A stretch of DNA of 64,000 nucleotides. Origin: Eledone cirrhosa. Lineage: Eukaryota. The notes under the pieces were generated by a model, which was given only the letters and a program-made list of their open reading frames with translations, was not told the DNA's origin and searched no databases. Both the position numbers and the translations under genes were made by a program. Where the stretch lies: assembly GCA_964016885.1 (NCBI GenBank), contig OZ024765.1, positions 6,572,001 to 6,636,000 of the forward strand. The letters run 5' to 3'. Of the stretch, positions 23,718 to 37,217 are shown one piece after another (the stretch's first letter is position 1; every line of letters begins with the position of its first letter).

Positions 23718-24961
23718 GTGGTTGTTGTGGTGGTCGTGGTAGAGGTGATGGTGGTGTTGGTGGTGGAGGTGATTATAGTAGTGGTAGTGGTAGTGTTGGT
23801 GATGATTGTGGTTGAGGTAGAGGTGATGGTGGTGTTGGTGGTGGAGGCGATTATACTGATGGTAGTGGTAGTGTTGGTGATGATTGTGGTTGAGGTAGAG
23901 GTGATGGTGGTGTTGGTGGTGGAGGCGATTGTAGTAGTGGTAGTAGTGGTGGTGGTAGTAGTGATGGTGGTGGTGGTGATGGTAGTGTTGGTGATGATTG
24001 TGGTTGAGGTAGAGGTGATGGTGGTGTTGGTGGTGGAGGTAATTGTAGTGGTGGTAGTAGTGATGGTGGTGGTGGTGATGGTAGTGTTGGTGATGATTGT
24101 GGTTGAGGTGGTGGTGTTGGTGGTGTTGGTGGTGGAGGCAATTGTAGTAGTGGTAGTAGTGGTGGTAGTAGTGATGATGGTGGTGGTGGTAGTAGTGATG
24201 ATGGTGGTGGTGGTAGTAGTGGTGATGGTGATGGTGGTGGTGGTGGTGATAGTAATGATGGTGGTGGTGGTAGTAATGGTGGTGGTGGTAGTAGTGATGA
24301 TGGTGGTGGTAGTAGTGATGATGGTGGTGGTGGTGGTAGTAGTGATGATGATAGTGGAGGTGGTGGTAGTAGTGATGATGATAGTGGAGGTGGTGGCAGT
24401 GGTGATGGTGGTGGTGGTGATCATGGTGGTGGTGGTGATAGTAGTGATGATGGTGGTGGTGGTGATAGTAGTGATGATGGTGATGGTGGTGGTAGTGATG
24501 ATGGTGGTGGTAGTGATGATGGTGGTGGTGGTGGTAGTGATGATGGTGGTGGTAGTGATGATGGTGGTGGTGGTGGTAGTGATGATGGTGGTGGTAGTGA
24601 TGATGGTGGTGGTGGTGGTAGTGATGATGGTGGTGGTGGTGGTGGTGGTGATGGTGGTGGTGGTGGTGGTGGTGATGGTGGTGGTGGTGGTGATAATGGT
24701 GAAGGTGGCGGTAGTGGTGATGGGTGGTGGTGGTAGTAGTGATGATGGTGGTGAAGGTGGCGGTAGTGGTGATGGTGGTGGTGGTAGTAGTGATGATGGT
24801 GGTGGTGGTGGTGGTGGTGGTAGTAGTGATGATGGTGGTGGTGGTGGTGGTGGTGGTAGTAGTGATGATGGTGGTGGTGGTGGTGGTGGTGGTGGTAGTA
24901 GTGATGATGGTGGTGGTGGTGGTGGTGGTGGTAGTAGTGATGATGGTGGTGGTGGTGGTGA
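23718..24961. repeat. (GGT/GAT/AGT)n trinucleotide-derived array
   Basis: Stop-free poly-Val/Thr frames arise from the triplet composition. Confidence 0.92.
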
Positions 24962-25931
24962 GGGTCCAAAAACAAGTTTAAAAAAAAAAAATAATAATAA
25001 AATAATAATAAACATACAAAAAAAACTCCACTTTAATTAAAATCTGCCAATTAAACATGGATGCCATGTAATTTGTGTAAATTCGTTAACTGTTTAAATG
25101 GGTAACTACTGGGTGACAGGATTTGAGATTATGATGATGATGATGATGATTAGAGGGTGGATGGGGAAAGAGGTCAGGTCACAGGTTAGTGTAAGGTGGG
25201 GGAGGGGGCTTCACTGCTTTATCACTACCACCACCACCACCCTACCTACAAACCCTCCGCCACCACCACCCGCACCCTTTTAATTAAGAGTACAGCTGTA
25301 TGATAGGTTTCATAAGTAGTGCGTGTGTGTGGGTGGGGGGGATGGGGGGGGGGAGTTTTATCACTACGTGCATATATAGATAACCATATATACACAGACA
25401 AATACACAAATGCATAGACAAGCATGCAGACACACACATATACACACACACACACACATATATACATATATATATAAACACACACATATAGACACACACA
25501 TATATATACATATACATATATATATATACACACACACATACACACATATACATGTATATATATACACAGATATATATATACACACACACATACACACATA
25601 TACATGTATATATATACACACATACATCTATATATATACACACATACATATATATATACACACACATACATATATATATATACACACATATACATGTATA
25701 TATATACACACACATACATGTATATATACACACACACATACATGTATATATACACACACATATATATACATATATATACATATACATATATATATACATA
25801 CGCACACACATATATATATATATATACACACATATATACATATATATCATCATCATCATCATCGTTTAATGTCCATCTTCCACGCTTGCATGGGTTTGGA
25901 CGGGAGTTTTCACACATATACATACATATAC

Positions 25932-25967
<36 letters not shown>

Positions 25968-26414
25968 GAGATCGTGTAGGTGTCACGATAAAAAAAAAAA
26001 AAAACACACAGTCCACGCTGTAAATGTGGCCGTGTAGGCAACACGGTAAAAACCTCCCAGCCCCACACTGTAAATGTGGTTGGTGTTAGGGAGGGCATCC
26101 AGCCGCAGAAAACCCGCCAGACAGTCCACGCTGTAATGTGGCCGTGTAGGCAACACGGTAAAAACCTCCCAGCCCCACACTGTAAATGTGGTTGGTGTTA
26201 GGAAGGGCATCCAGCTGTAGAAAACCCGCCAGACAGTCCTATGCGAGCAAGACAACCACTCTTGCCTCAAGTGGGAAAACTCCCGTCCAAACCCATGCAA
26301 GCATGGAACACGGACGCTAAACCTGATGATGATGATGATATATATATATATACATATACATATACATATATATATATATATACATAAATATACGTGTATA
26401 TGTATGTATATGTG

Positions 26415-26464
<50 letters not shown>

Positions 26465-26858
26465 GTGTGTCTCTCTCTCTCTCTGTCTGTCTTGCAATAC
26501 CAACCTGCCCAAAACCATTTCTGCTCCTATGAAACAAAATCACCCATTTTCCAGAGTGCTTATTTAAATTAAAATCCTCCACCATAATATTATATATGAA
26601 CCATATGTTAACTTACTCTATCATAGTAATGAAATAATTAAGAATTTTAGTTGGGGGAGAATGGTTGGCATGCTATGAGGATACTTTCAGGTCTAAAATA
26701 ATGTCCACCCCCACTAATTTTTCAGATTTTTTTCCACTTCCACCACCCCTGCTCTTATTTCAATCCCACTACTTATTAAATTTTGCTACTTTATCCCCAG
26801 CGATATTAAATTTTAAGTGGTAGTATTCTTGCGGCAATTAATTTCCTTAATACGTTAA

Positions 26859-27161
26859 CCCTTTAGCATTTACATTACTCTATATATACTATTGTATTTT
26901 TGTGGTAAAAGCTTTACCTCACATAATATCTCACAATATTTACATTACTCTATATATATTATTGCATTTTTGTGGTAAAAGCTTTACCTCACATATCTCA
27001 CATTGCTCTATATTTACTATTGTATTTTTGTGGTAAAGAGATTTTGATATTTATTTTGAGAACAATACCTTAACATCAGTATGAGGGGCCTGTTACAGCC
27101 AGTTTAAACAGAAAGAGGAGGAGAATTCTAGCCGGATGAGGCCAGTTTAAATGCTAAAGGG
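26859..27161 (+). mobile_element. Complete piggyBac-type MITE (~3 satellite units)
   Basis: TTAA CCCTTTAGCATTT ... AAATGCTAAAGGG TTAA, with perfect TIRs of at least 13 bp. Confidence 0.9.
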
Positions 27162-27910
27162 TTAAAAAAAAAACATTATACATGACAAAAAAAGTACATT
27201 AGTAGAAATACCATACATTATAAAATAAATAGGATGGGTTCGGGTCTCAATATGTAACCTAAACAACTAATTCTGGTTTTTAAAAAAATCAATGCAGATA
27301 ACCTACATGACGAAGGACTGTGATGAATGGAGAGATGCTGAATAAGACCCGTCCCATCCTTGCAAGCAGGGAAAAGCAGACGTAAACTGATGATGATGAT
27401 GTGTATGTGTGTGTATATATATATTATATCATCATTCATCATTTCATCATCATTTCATTTTACGTCCACTTTTCCCTGCTTGCAAGGGTGGGACGGGAAC
27501 TGATTCTGGCTTGATTTCTACAGCTGGATGCCCTTCCCAACACCAACCTCATTTACAGTGAGTGCTGGATGCTTTTTTGCCGTGGCACCTCCACGACCAC
27601 TTTACAGTGGAATGATAGGGACCCCAGTCCCTATCATCTCATTTCTACAACAGAGTAAACTGGAGCAATGTGAAATAAAGTGTCTTGCTCAAGGAAACAA
27701 CATATCACATGGTCTGAGAATTGAACTCACAACCTTTCGAAGGCCAATGCTCTAACCACTAAGCCATGTGCCTCCATATATATATATCTCAAACTCGAGC
27801 TGATCGATATAGAAACAAATTGTAATATGAAATAAAGTTTACAAAAAGCTGCAATTCTTATTGTCACTTGAGAGAGAGAGAGAGAGAGAGGGAGAGAAAG
27901 AGAGAGAGAG

Positions 27911-27941
<31 letters not shown>

Positions 27942-28087
27942 TATATATATATAGAGAGAGAGATATAGAGAGGGATAGAGAGAGATAGAGAGAGAGAAAG
28001 AGAAAGAGAGAGAGAGAGAGATACGTTTATCCCGGGTTCAATCGGAGGTAACCACAGTAAGTAAGGTACTCAATACATAGCAGCTCC

Positions 28088-28120
28088 CCGATGATTTCTC
28101 CTGAATGAAACAGTTCTAGT
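28088..28120 (+). ncRNA. Degenerate minimal hammerhead motif
   Basis: cCGATGA tttc tcct gaat GAAA cagt TC tagt. Flanks are homologous to the foldback at 53303-53485. Confidence 0.4.
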
Positions 28121-28657
28121 CCTATTGAAGCCTTTTCTATATATAATATATATATATATACATATATTATATATACGTGTATGTATGTGTTTATATCATT
28201 ATGTATGTACATGTAAGGGCGGTGGATTGGCAGTATCAGTAGAAGGTCGGAGACCATGCTTTGAAGCATAGAGTTACGTCCCTTTACGATCTGAGTTCAA
28301 ATCCCGCCGAGGTTAACTTTGCCTTTCATCCTTACGGGGTCGATAAAATAAAGTACCAGTAATGTACTGGGTAATTGCTGGCCTTGTGCCTAAAGTAGAA
28401 ACAATTATGTATGTACATGTACATAGGGCGATGAATTGGCAGTATCGGTAGAGGGTCGGACGCCATGCTTTGACGCATAGAGTTACGGCCCTTGCCATTC
28501 TGAGTTCAAATCCCCCCCCCCCCAAAGGTTAACTTTGCCTTTCATCCTTATGGGGTCGATAAAATAAAGTACCAGTAATGCACTGGGGTAATTGCTGGCC
28601 TTGTGCCAAAAAGTAGAAACAATTATATACGGCCATGTTTATGTATGTGTGTATATA

Positions 28658-28770
<113 letters not shown>

Positions 28771-28989
28771 GTGTGTGTGTGTTGTGTGTTGTGTGTGTGC
28801 GTGTGTGTGTACAGGCCTCACACTCATGGATAACCTTAAGCAGAAGATAAAACAAGATTGAAGATGTATTTTATAGATGTAAGATTAAAGACAATAAGTG
28901 GTGGTGGTGGTGGTGGTGAGGGGGTGTAGTGATGGTGAGGGAGGGGATGTAGGGGGTGGGGGCAGTGTAGTGGTGGTGGTGGTGGTGGT

Positions 28990-29055
<66 letters not shown>

Positions 29056-29712
29056 ATGGCATGGTGGTGATATGGTGATGATATGTATGGTGGTGCCATC
29101 GATGGTGGTACGGTGATCTGGCAATGGTATGGTGATGTGGCGATGGTGGTATGATGATGTGGTGATATGGTGATGGTTTGGTGGTGATGGTACGATGGTA
29201 GTGGGGGCAACATTAAGGACAAGATAAATATAGCAAATATTATCTGATAAGGTTAAGTATATAGGACAAGAAACCTAGCAGAACTGTTTCAATGTGTGAG
29301 TGAGTGTGTGAGTATGTGTGAGTGAGTGTGTGAGTATGTGTGAGTGAGTGTGTGAGTATGTGTGAGTGAGTGTGTGAGAGTACATATATATATATATATA
29401 TATAATCATCATCATCATCATCATTTTACGTCCGCTTTTTCCCTGCTTGCAAGGGTGGGACAGGAACCTCATTTATAGTGAATGCTGGGTGCTTTTTTGC
29501 CGTGGCACCTACACGACCACTTTACAGTGGAATGATAGGGACCCCAGTCCCTATCATCCCATTTCTACAGCTGAGTGAAGTGGAGCAATGTGAAATAAAG
29601 TGTCTTGCTCAAGGAAACAACACATCACCCGGTCCGAGAATTGAACTCACAACCTTTCGATTGCAAGGCCAATGCTCTAACCACTAAGCCATGTGCCTCC
29701 ATCAATATATAT

Positions 29713-30186
29713 ATATATCATCATCATCGTTTAATGTCCATCTTCCACGCTTGCATGGGTTTGGATGGGAATTTTCCCACTTGAGGCAAGATTGGTTGCC
29801 TTGCTCGTACAGGACTGCTTGGCGGGTTTTCTACGGCTGGATGCCCTTCCTAACACCAACCACGTTTACAGTGTGGACTGGGAGGTTTTTACCATGTTAC
29901 CTACACGGCCACATTACAGCGTGGACTGTGTTTTTTTTTGTTGTGACACCTACACGACCTCATTTATTTCGGACTGGATGTTGTGGTACCAACATAATTT
30001 TACATCAAAAGGGGTGGTGTGGATGGGGTGGGGGTAGTGGGACGGGGTTGTTAAGAGGTGCCTACTGACTGTAGGTTTCGCTTTGTACTTAGGCAAGGCG
30101 GGTCTTCTGTATTACTGTGTAGCGCCATTGTCTTGGAGAGGTGTAGGTGTGTGAGGTCGGAATTTATCAAGTCGTCCCAGGTTTTT
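29713..30186 (-). mobile_element. RTE 3' end (ORF C-terminus + 3'UTR)
   Basis: Reverse complement encodes KTWDDLINSDLTHLHLSKTM, followed by the shared 3'UTR and (gat)n tail. Confidence 0.8.
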
Positions 30187-30496
30187 CTATAGCCCCACAC
30201 TGTAAATGTGGTTGGTGTTAGGAAGGGCATCCAGCTGTAGAAAACCAGCCAGACAGTCCACGCTGTAATGTGGCCGTGTAGGCAACACGGTAAAAACCTC
30301 CCAGCCCCACACTGTAAATGTGGTTGGTGTTAGGAAGGGCATCCAACTGTAGAAAACCCGCCAGACAGTCCTATGCGAGCAAGACAACCACTCTTGCCTC
30401 AAGTGGGAAAACCCCCGTCCAAACCCATGCAAGCGTGGAACACGGACGCTAAACCTGATGATGATGATGATGATGATATATATATATATATATGAA

Positions 30497-30609
30497 AGGA
30501 TTCAGGACCTTGACAGCTGAACTCCAGCTGTTTCGACAGCTAGATCCGAACTAAAGCACCAGTATTCAAATGGCGGGAATCTAGCTGAACTTATCAAGGG
30601 GTACAGTCC
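30497..30609 (-). ncRNA. Type-I hammerhead ribozyme with U3-A8 core variant and long stems II/III
   Basis: Minus strand: ggactgtacccc TTGATAA g tt cagctagattc [loop] ggatctagctg t c GAAA cagctg gagtt cagctg TC aaggtcctgaatcc. Confidence 0.65.
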
Positions 30610-30699
30610 ATATATGGGCATACAGTCAAAGCTTTTAACAGCTTCCTTGCGCTGAGTTTTTTTCCATTATTCTACAAATTTATATACATATATACATAT

Positions 30700-31605
30700 G
30701 TATAAAAATGTGCAGGGCGATCAATATTGATGGAAGCTATGGAGTAGGTAGACCCAGAAAGTCCTGGGATGAGGTAGATAAAAGCTGACATTGCACACTT
30801 GCACCTCTCTAAGAAAATGTCACAGGATCGAGATCTTTGGCACTATGCAGTAATACAGAAGACCCGCCTTCCCTTGCACGTAGACTTAAACTTACATTCA
30901 GTAGGCACCTCTTAATCCAATATACACCCCACACCCCTACACCCCTCATTTTTGCCCACACCACCCTTACTCTGTAATTTTATATTGGTACCACAAAACA
31001 TCCAGTCCACACTGTGGTCGTGTAGGTGTCATGACAAAAAGGACCCAGCACACACTGTAAAGCGGTCGTGTAGGTGTCATGATAAAAAGCACCCAGCACA
31101 CACTGTAAAGTGGTCGTGTAGGTATCATGATAAAAAGCACCCAGTCCACACTATAAAGTGGTCGTGTAGGTGTCATGACAAAAAGCACCCAGTCCACACT
31201 GTAAAGGGGTTGTGTAGGTGTCATGACAAAAAGGACCCAGCACACACTGTAAAGTGGTTGTGTAGGTGTCATGACAAAAAGCACCCAGCACACTGTAAAG
31301 TGGTCATGTAGATGTAATGACAAAAAGCACCCAGCGCACTGTAAAGTGGTCATGTAGATGTAATGACAAAAAGCACCCAGCCCACACTATAAAGTGGAGA
31401 TGTAAAAGACATGGCAAAAAGCACCCAGCACACGCTGTAAATGTGGTTGGCATTAGGAAGGGCATCTAGCTGTAGAAAACCAGCTAGAAACTCTCCTATA
31501 TGAGCGAGACACGGTCACCTGACCCAATTTGCCTCTAAATGGGACAAACATGTCTAACTCATGTTAACATGGAAGATAGATGTTAATTGATGATGATGAT
31601 GATGA
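30700..31605 (+). mobile_element. RTE 3' end with 48-bp 3'UTR unit expanded ~9x (31005-31440)
   Basis: CIKMCRAINIDGSYGVGRPRKSWDEV is homologous to the 8613 ORF C-terminus. 48-bp period (16-aa ORF repeat). (gat)n tail. Confidence 0.85.
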
Positions 31606-32149
31606 CATACACACACATTGCCTGCTATTTATTGATTAACTGAAGTACCCCAACCCCCACACCCACCCGTGATCTATGTTCAGCTCTTGGGTCGTTAAAA
31701 TTAATATTTGAATATTCATATTTTTTAATGATTGTTTAACTATCGGCAGTCAGAACAGTAACATGTGGACATAGTTGTTGTTGTTGCTGCTGCTGTCGTT
31801 ATTTCTTAACTATCGGCCTGTTTGTGACAGTTGGAGTAAAGTAAAATGTTGTTGCTACTGTTAAGTGTGTTTGTGGTTATTTATTATAATATAAATTTAG
31901 ATGCTAAATGTAGCTCTCTGCACCACACCACCAACACCAAACACTAATTTACCCTTTCCTCTCACCCACCTACCTCCAGCTAAAAACAAGCTATTAACAG
32001 TTAAATTTCATTTTATAATAGTAAAAAGAAACAGTGAAAATAAATAGAACTAAAAAATTAAATGAAAAAGAAAATAAATTATGACATTAAAGAGAGAAAA
32101 ACGAAACTCATATTTTATAAAACAGCACAAATTTCAGATAAATATTAAT

Positions 32150-32566
32150 TGTGACACAACATAAACTTTAGACAAATTTTAACTGCAACATAAACTGACT
32201 AACTTTAAATATTACATAAACTTTAGACGAATTTTAACTACAACATAAACTGACTTTAAATATAACAAACTTTAGACAAATTTTAACTACAACATAAACT
32301 AACTTTAAATACAACAAACTTTAGACAAATTTTAACTACAACATAAACTAACTTTAAATATAACAAACTTTAGACAAATTTTAACTACAACATAAACTAA
32401 CTAACTTTAAATATAACAAACTTTAGACAAATTTTAACTACAACATAAACTAACTAACTTTAAATATAACAAACTTTAGACAAATTTTAACTACAACATA
32501 AACTAACTAACTTTAAATATAACAAACTTTAGACAAATTTTAACTACAACATAAACTGACTAACTT
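32150..32566. repeat. ~50-55-bp AT-rich minisatellite
   Basis: aaactttagacaaattttaactacaacataaactaact... about 8 units. Confidence 0.9.
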
Positions 32567-32569
32567 TAA

Positions 32570-32696
32570 GGTATTGTTTGCAAAATGAATAATATCAAAT
32601 ATCAAAGATTCAATATTATGTGAGATATTTATGTGAGATAAAGTGTTCACCATGAAAATACAATAGTAAATTTAGAGTAATGTGAATGCTAAAGGG
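32570..32696 (-). mobile_element. Half piggyBac-type MITE bounded by its internal TTAA and terminal TTAA
   Basis: TTAAggtattgttt ... aatgctaaagggTTAA(32697-32700). Confidence 0.75.
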
Positions 32697-32911
32697 TTAA
32701 CAACACATATCTGAATAATTGACAAACATCATCATCATCCTCATCATCGTTTAATGACTATCTTCCACGCTAGCATATGTTAGATGCGAATTATCCCACC
32801 TGAGGCAAGGTTGATCGGGTGACCGTGTCTCACTCATATAGGACTGTATATGGTAGGTTTTCTATGGCTGGATGCCCTTCCAAACGCCAAATAAATAAGT
32901 AACCCCATCTA

Positions 32912-33365
32912 GTTTTGAAGTTATGAACTGTGGGAAACGATTTCATACTTTGAAGATATGAACTGTTGGAAAGAGTTCATAACTTTGAAGTTATGAACTG
33001 TGGGAAACGATTTCATACTTTGAAGATATGAACTGTTGGAAAGAGTTCATAACTTTGAAGTTATGAACTGTGGGAAACGATTTCATACTTTGAAGATATG
33101 AACTGTTGGAAAGAGTTCATAACTTTGAAGTTATGAACTGTGGGAAACGATTTCATACTTTGAAGATATGAACTGTTGGAAAGAGTTCATAACTTTGAAG
33201 TTATGAACTGTGGGAAACGATTTCATACTTTGAAGATATGAACTGTTGGAAAGAGTTCATAACTTTGAAGTTATGAACTGTGGGAAACGATTTCATAACT
33301 TTGAAGATATGAACTGTTAGAAAGAGTTTATAACTTTGAAGTTATGAACTGTGGGAAAACAGTTC
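32912..33365. repeat. 70-bp (2 x 35-bp) palindrome-rich satellite, ~6.5 units
   Basis: tttcatactt at 32941, 33011, 33081... Each unit contains gttcataactt-tg-aagttatgaac. Confidence 0.92.
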
Positions 33366-34045
33366 AAACATCTTAGGACGAGTTACTGGAATTACAAACA
33401 TCTTAGGACGAGTTACGTGGCACTGGAATGCATACATGTTAGGATGAGTTATCTCGTCTACGGCACTGAAGAAGTTAAAGTGTTCCAGATATGCTATATG
33501 TCACTACAGTGCCCCCATATGACCTCCATCAAAAGTTATAAGTTCATGAATATACATACACATTGATGTTGGTTAATTCCTATTTTATGATTGTAAAATA
33601 AACACAAGCTGAAAGTAAATGTTTCATGAAGTGAAGCAAAAACAACGAAAGTGTGTATAAGTGAAGATGAAATGGATGTAAATTCAGCATAGAGATACGT
33701 CCCTTTATGTTCTGAGATCAAATCCCACCAAGGTTAGCTTGGGTCGATAAAATAAAGTACCAGTAATGCACTGCAGTCAATTTAACCGACTTTCTCCTCC
33801 CCCAAAATTGTTGGCATTGTGCCCGTGTGAATGTATGTGTGTGTAAAAGGAAGGAAGGGGATGGTGAAAAAACTATGCTGTGTGTGAGTATGTGTATGTT
33901 TGTCTATGTGTATGTGTGTGTTTGTGTGAATGTATGCGCGTTTGTGTGAATCTATGTGTGTGTTTGTATTAAAATGTGAATTTAGAGTAATGTGAATGCT
34001 AAAGGGTTAATAAATGTTTGTTTAAAAAAATAGTCATTTAACTGA

Positions 34046-34110
<65 letters not shown>

Positions 34111-34647
34111 TAAAAATGGCACAGCAACTGTAGCTGTGTAAAATATACACGGCAGTCAACAGGTTAAACTTATCGGAGCCGATCCCCTCTTCAAGTCTGA
34201 ACACCACTGAGCAAAGGTGATAAGAGAGGAAAATGAGTAAAGAAATATAGACAAAGAATCGACCTCAGTATTAGACTGGTACTTTATTGAGTTTGAAAAG
34301 ATGAAAGGCAAAGCTGATTTCATTGGGATTTGAACTCAGAGAGAGACCAGAAAGCCAGAACTAATACTGCAAAGCATTCTATCTGATGTTCTGATGACTC
34401 TGTTGATTCGCTGCCTTATATATCAATGTATGTATATCAGCTCTGCTAACCCCACTTCACCGGCCTCTTCTCTCCCACCCCTCGCCCCACCCCACCCCAC
34501 CCCACTTTAACAATAGACTATATCAACGTTTATAATTAACAAGTCCAATCAGGATAAGATAGGATCAGTTTGTTAACCTAAATACAGAATGTAATCTTTT
34601 TCTTACAGGACACACACACACACATAGATATATATATACACACATAC

Positions 34648-34702
<55 letters not shown>

Positions 34703-35089
34703 TTCAGATATATGTACACATACAGATATATATAGAGGCATATACACACTCACATATATAGATATATACACACACACACATACGTACACATATATGTAGA
34801 TACACACACATACATTCACACATATATATAACTACATACACACACAGATATATATATAGATACATACACACATATACATAGATACATACACACATATACA
34901 TAGATACATACACACATATACATAGATACACACACACACATACATATATATATACACACACATAATACATACAATGAGTGTGTGTGATGTATATAGGACA
35001 GTGAGTGCGTGTGTATGATGTACTCTTCATTTATACATATATATACATACATATGTATATATACATATGCGTATATATATATATATATT

Positions 35090-35124
<35 letters not shown>

Positions 35125-35494
35125 ATATTTGGGCATGGTCATTTTGCCAATAAAAACAGATGCACTTTCTGATTTTCAGTTCAGCTTTATTATTATTAGT
35201 TATATATAGATCATCATCATCATCATTATCATTATTTTACATTCGCTTTTCCCTGCTTGCAAGGGTGTGAGGGGTCCTCTTCAGCACACCATTTGTCACG
35301 GTCCTTCGTCATCTCCTCTGTGAGCTTCAGTTTTCTGAGGTCAGCTCTCACCACCTCTGCACATGTTTTCTGTGGCCTTCTTTCCACTGGGATTACTTGG
35401 CACTTGTGTGTGTGTGTGTGTGTATATATATACATATATATATATAAACACACACAGACACCCGGAAGTAACACATGCGCAAACTAAGCACACA

Positions 35495-35757
35495 ACACAC
35501 AAAAACAAGATTGTGTAAGACAGAACAAAGGAGAGGCACAAAAACAAAGAAAAGAATCCCCAGTCACTGAAGAGGTCACAGAATGTGTGACGAAAGAACT
35601 TTGACAATCTATGAACAATCGTCTGGTTGTGGAACCAACCAGCCAGCCGTAAATTTATAAATTCTTAAATTTATAAATTTAATTTATAATAAATTGAAGT
35701 GAAAGCAACTGGTGCGTGTGTTTCTTATTGGCAACATGACCCTCCCAAAGCATAACA

Positions 35758-35802
<45 letters not shown>

Positions 35803-36080
35803 CTTCGTTTTTGAATTTGTTTTGCAAGATTTCTTATCTGAAGATGTGTGTTGAAACAGATATTGTTATACTTTAGGAAGCCATGTTGCCAATAAAAACA
35901 CACGCACCCGTTGGTTTTCACTTCAATTTATTATGAATTTCCGGTTGGTTGGTTTAATAACCGGATGGTTGTTTATATAGTCAAAGCTCTTTGGTTACAC
36001 ATTCTGTGACCTCCTTAGTAACTGATTTATTTTGTGACTCTCCTTTGTTCTGCCCTACACCAACTTGCTTTCATGTGTTC
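35495..36080. mobile_element. Inverted pair of Penelope-like terminal repeats, each carrying a hammerhead motif
   Basis: Arms about 35495-35760 and 35860-36080 are diverged reverse complements around a (TA)n centre. HHR at 35563-35605 (+) and a damaged mirror at 35980-36022 (-). Confidence 0.7.
35563..35605 (+). ncRNA. Minimal type-I hammerhead ribozyme
   Basis: gtca CTGAAGA g GTCACA gaatg TGTGAC GAAA gaac TT tgac. Stem I gtca/tgac, 6-bp stem II. Confidence 0.72.
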
Positions 36081-36550
36081 ACCTGAACCTCAAACAGGAT
36101 GACCCATTTAATCTATGCTAGCATGGAAAATAGAGGTTAAACAATGATGATGATGTGTATATATATGAACGTGAATGTGGAGGTGTCACAACAAAAAAGC
36201 ACCCAGTCCACACTGTAAAGTGGTCGTGTAGGCACCATGGAAAAAAAGCACCCAGTACTCACTGTAAATGTGGTGGGTGTTAGGAAGGGCATCCAGCTGT
36301 AGCAATCAAGCCAAAATCAGTTCCCGTATGAGCAAGACAAGGTGACCTGGCATTGCCTACAACAGGACAACCTGTCTAACCCATGCTAGCGTGGAAGAAT
36401 GGACGTAAAACGGTGATGATGATATATATATATATATATCGATCATGTAAGCATAGAAAAATAGATGTTAAATAATATATAAAGTGGGTGTTAAACGATG
36501 ATGATGATATATATATATATATATATATAACAAAAAAAAAAAAAAAAATC

Positions 36551-36777
36551 GAAGTTTCGTTTACAAGTTTTTATTGATTTCACAGATGATTGGTTCACAG
36601 TCGCCTATGGGAGTTACGGATCTGACTCCAACATTGATCTGCTTAATGTTCAATCACTAGTCTAAAAAGTAGATTAATGTTAGTCATGTCCATAGCTTTC
36701 ATAAGTGACCTTGAGTAGTCATCTGTGAAATTCTTATAATAGGTCGATACTCAAAAGAAATATGTAAACTAAACTTC
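36551..36777. mobile_element. Unclassified foldback/MITE-like element
   Basis: Terminal gaagtttcgtttaca / tgtaaactaaacttc and inner atttcacagatga / tcatctgtgaaat inverted repeats. Confidence 0.5.
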
Positions 36778-36779
36778 AT

Positions 36780-36942
36780 TGTTGTTGTTCTTCGCCCACT
36801 TATTCCTGAGAGGGCCGTGGGGACAGCGTACTCAAACCCCCCAGCGGGTCCTGTCAGAAGCAGCCATCCCCAAGTGTGACCAGCCAAGCTCACGGATGCT
36901 ATCGAACCATTTTGCTCGAAGCCTAGTCTTCGCTGGTTCGAC
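36780..36942 (-). mobile_element. RTE (Rex3/Expander-like) 3' end; longer copy at 56873-57158 (-)
   Basis: RAKWFDSIRELGWSHLG / RSQLRYYGHVVRM...RARWLDNIHELGWSRLG, with (AAC/AAG)n tails. Confidence 0.75.
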
Positions 36943-37217
36943 AAAGTACCAGATTGGTGACTGGCGCGAATAAGACCACTGAAACTGTAATACGACGGGG
37001 AAAACAACGAAAAACCATACCACACTGTCATTCGCGCGGGTTAACAAGGGACGCGTGCAGGTCTTATGCAGAGGGGCCTGCTCGAAAAATATATTGCAGT
37101 CTCCATTTCATGCCGCAAAAACTGACGATGGGCCTGCAACCTGTCCTGGGAGGTGTGGGATGGACGCACAAAGGTTGCGTATCCTGAGACTCCAAAGAGG
37201 TGGGAAGGGAGTAACTT

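Noticed and set aside
23708-25040. 435-aa and 440-aa ORFs (mucin-like Thr/Pro-rich or poly-Val)
   Set aside because: Open on both strands only because of (GGT/GAT/AGT)n composition; no splice or domain evidence.
32912-33365. CRISPR-like palindromic repeat array
   Set aside because: The intervening segments are themselves repeated (A/B alternation), there are no cas genes, and the context is eukaryotic.
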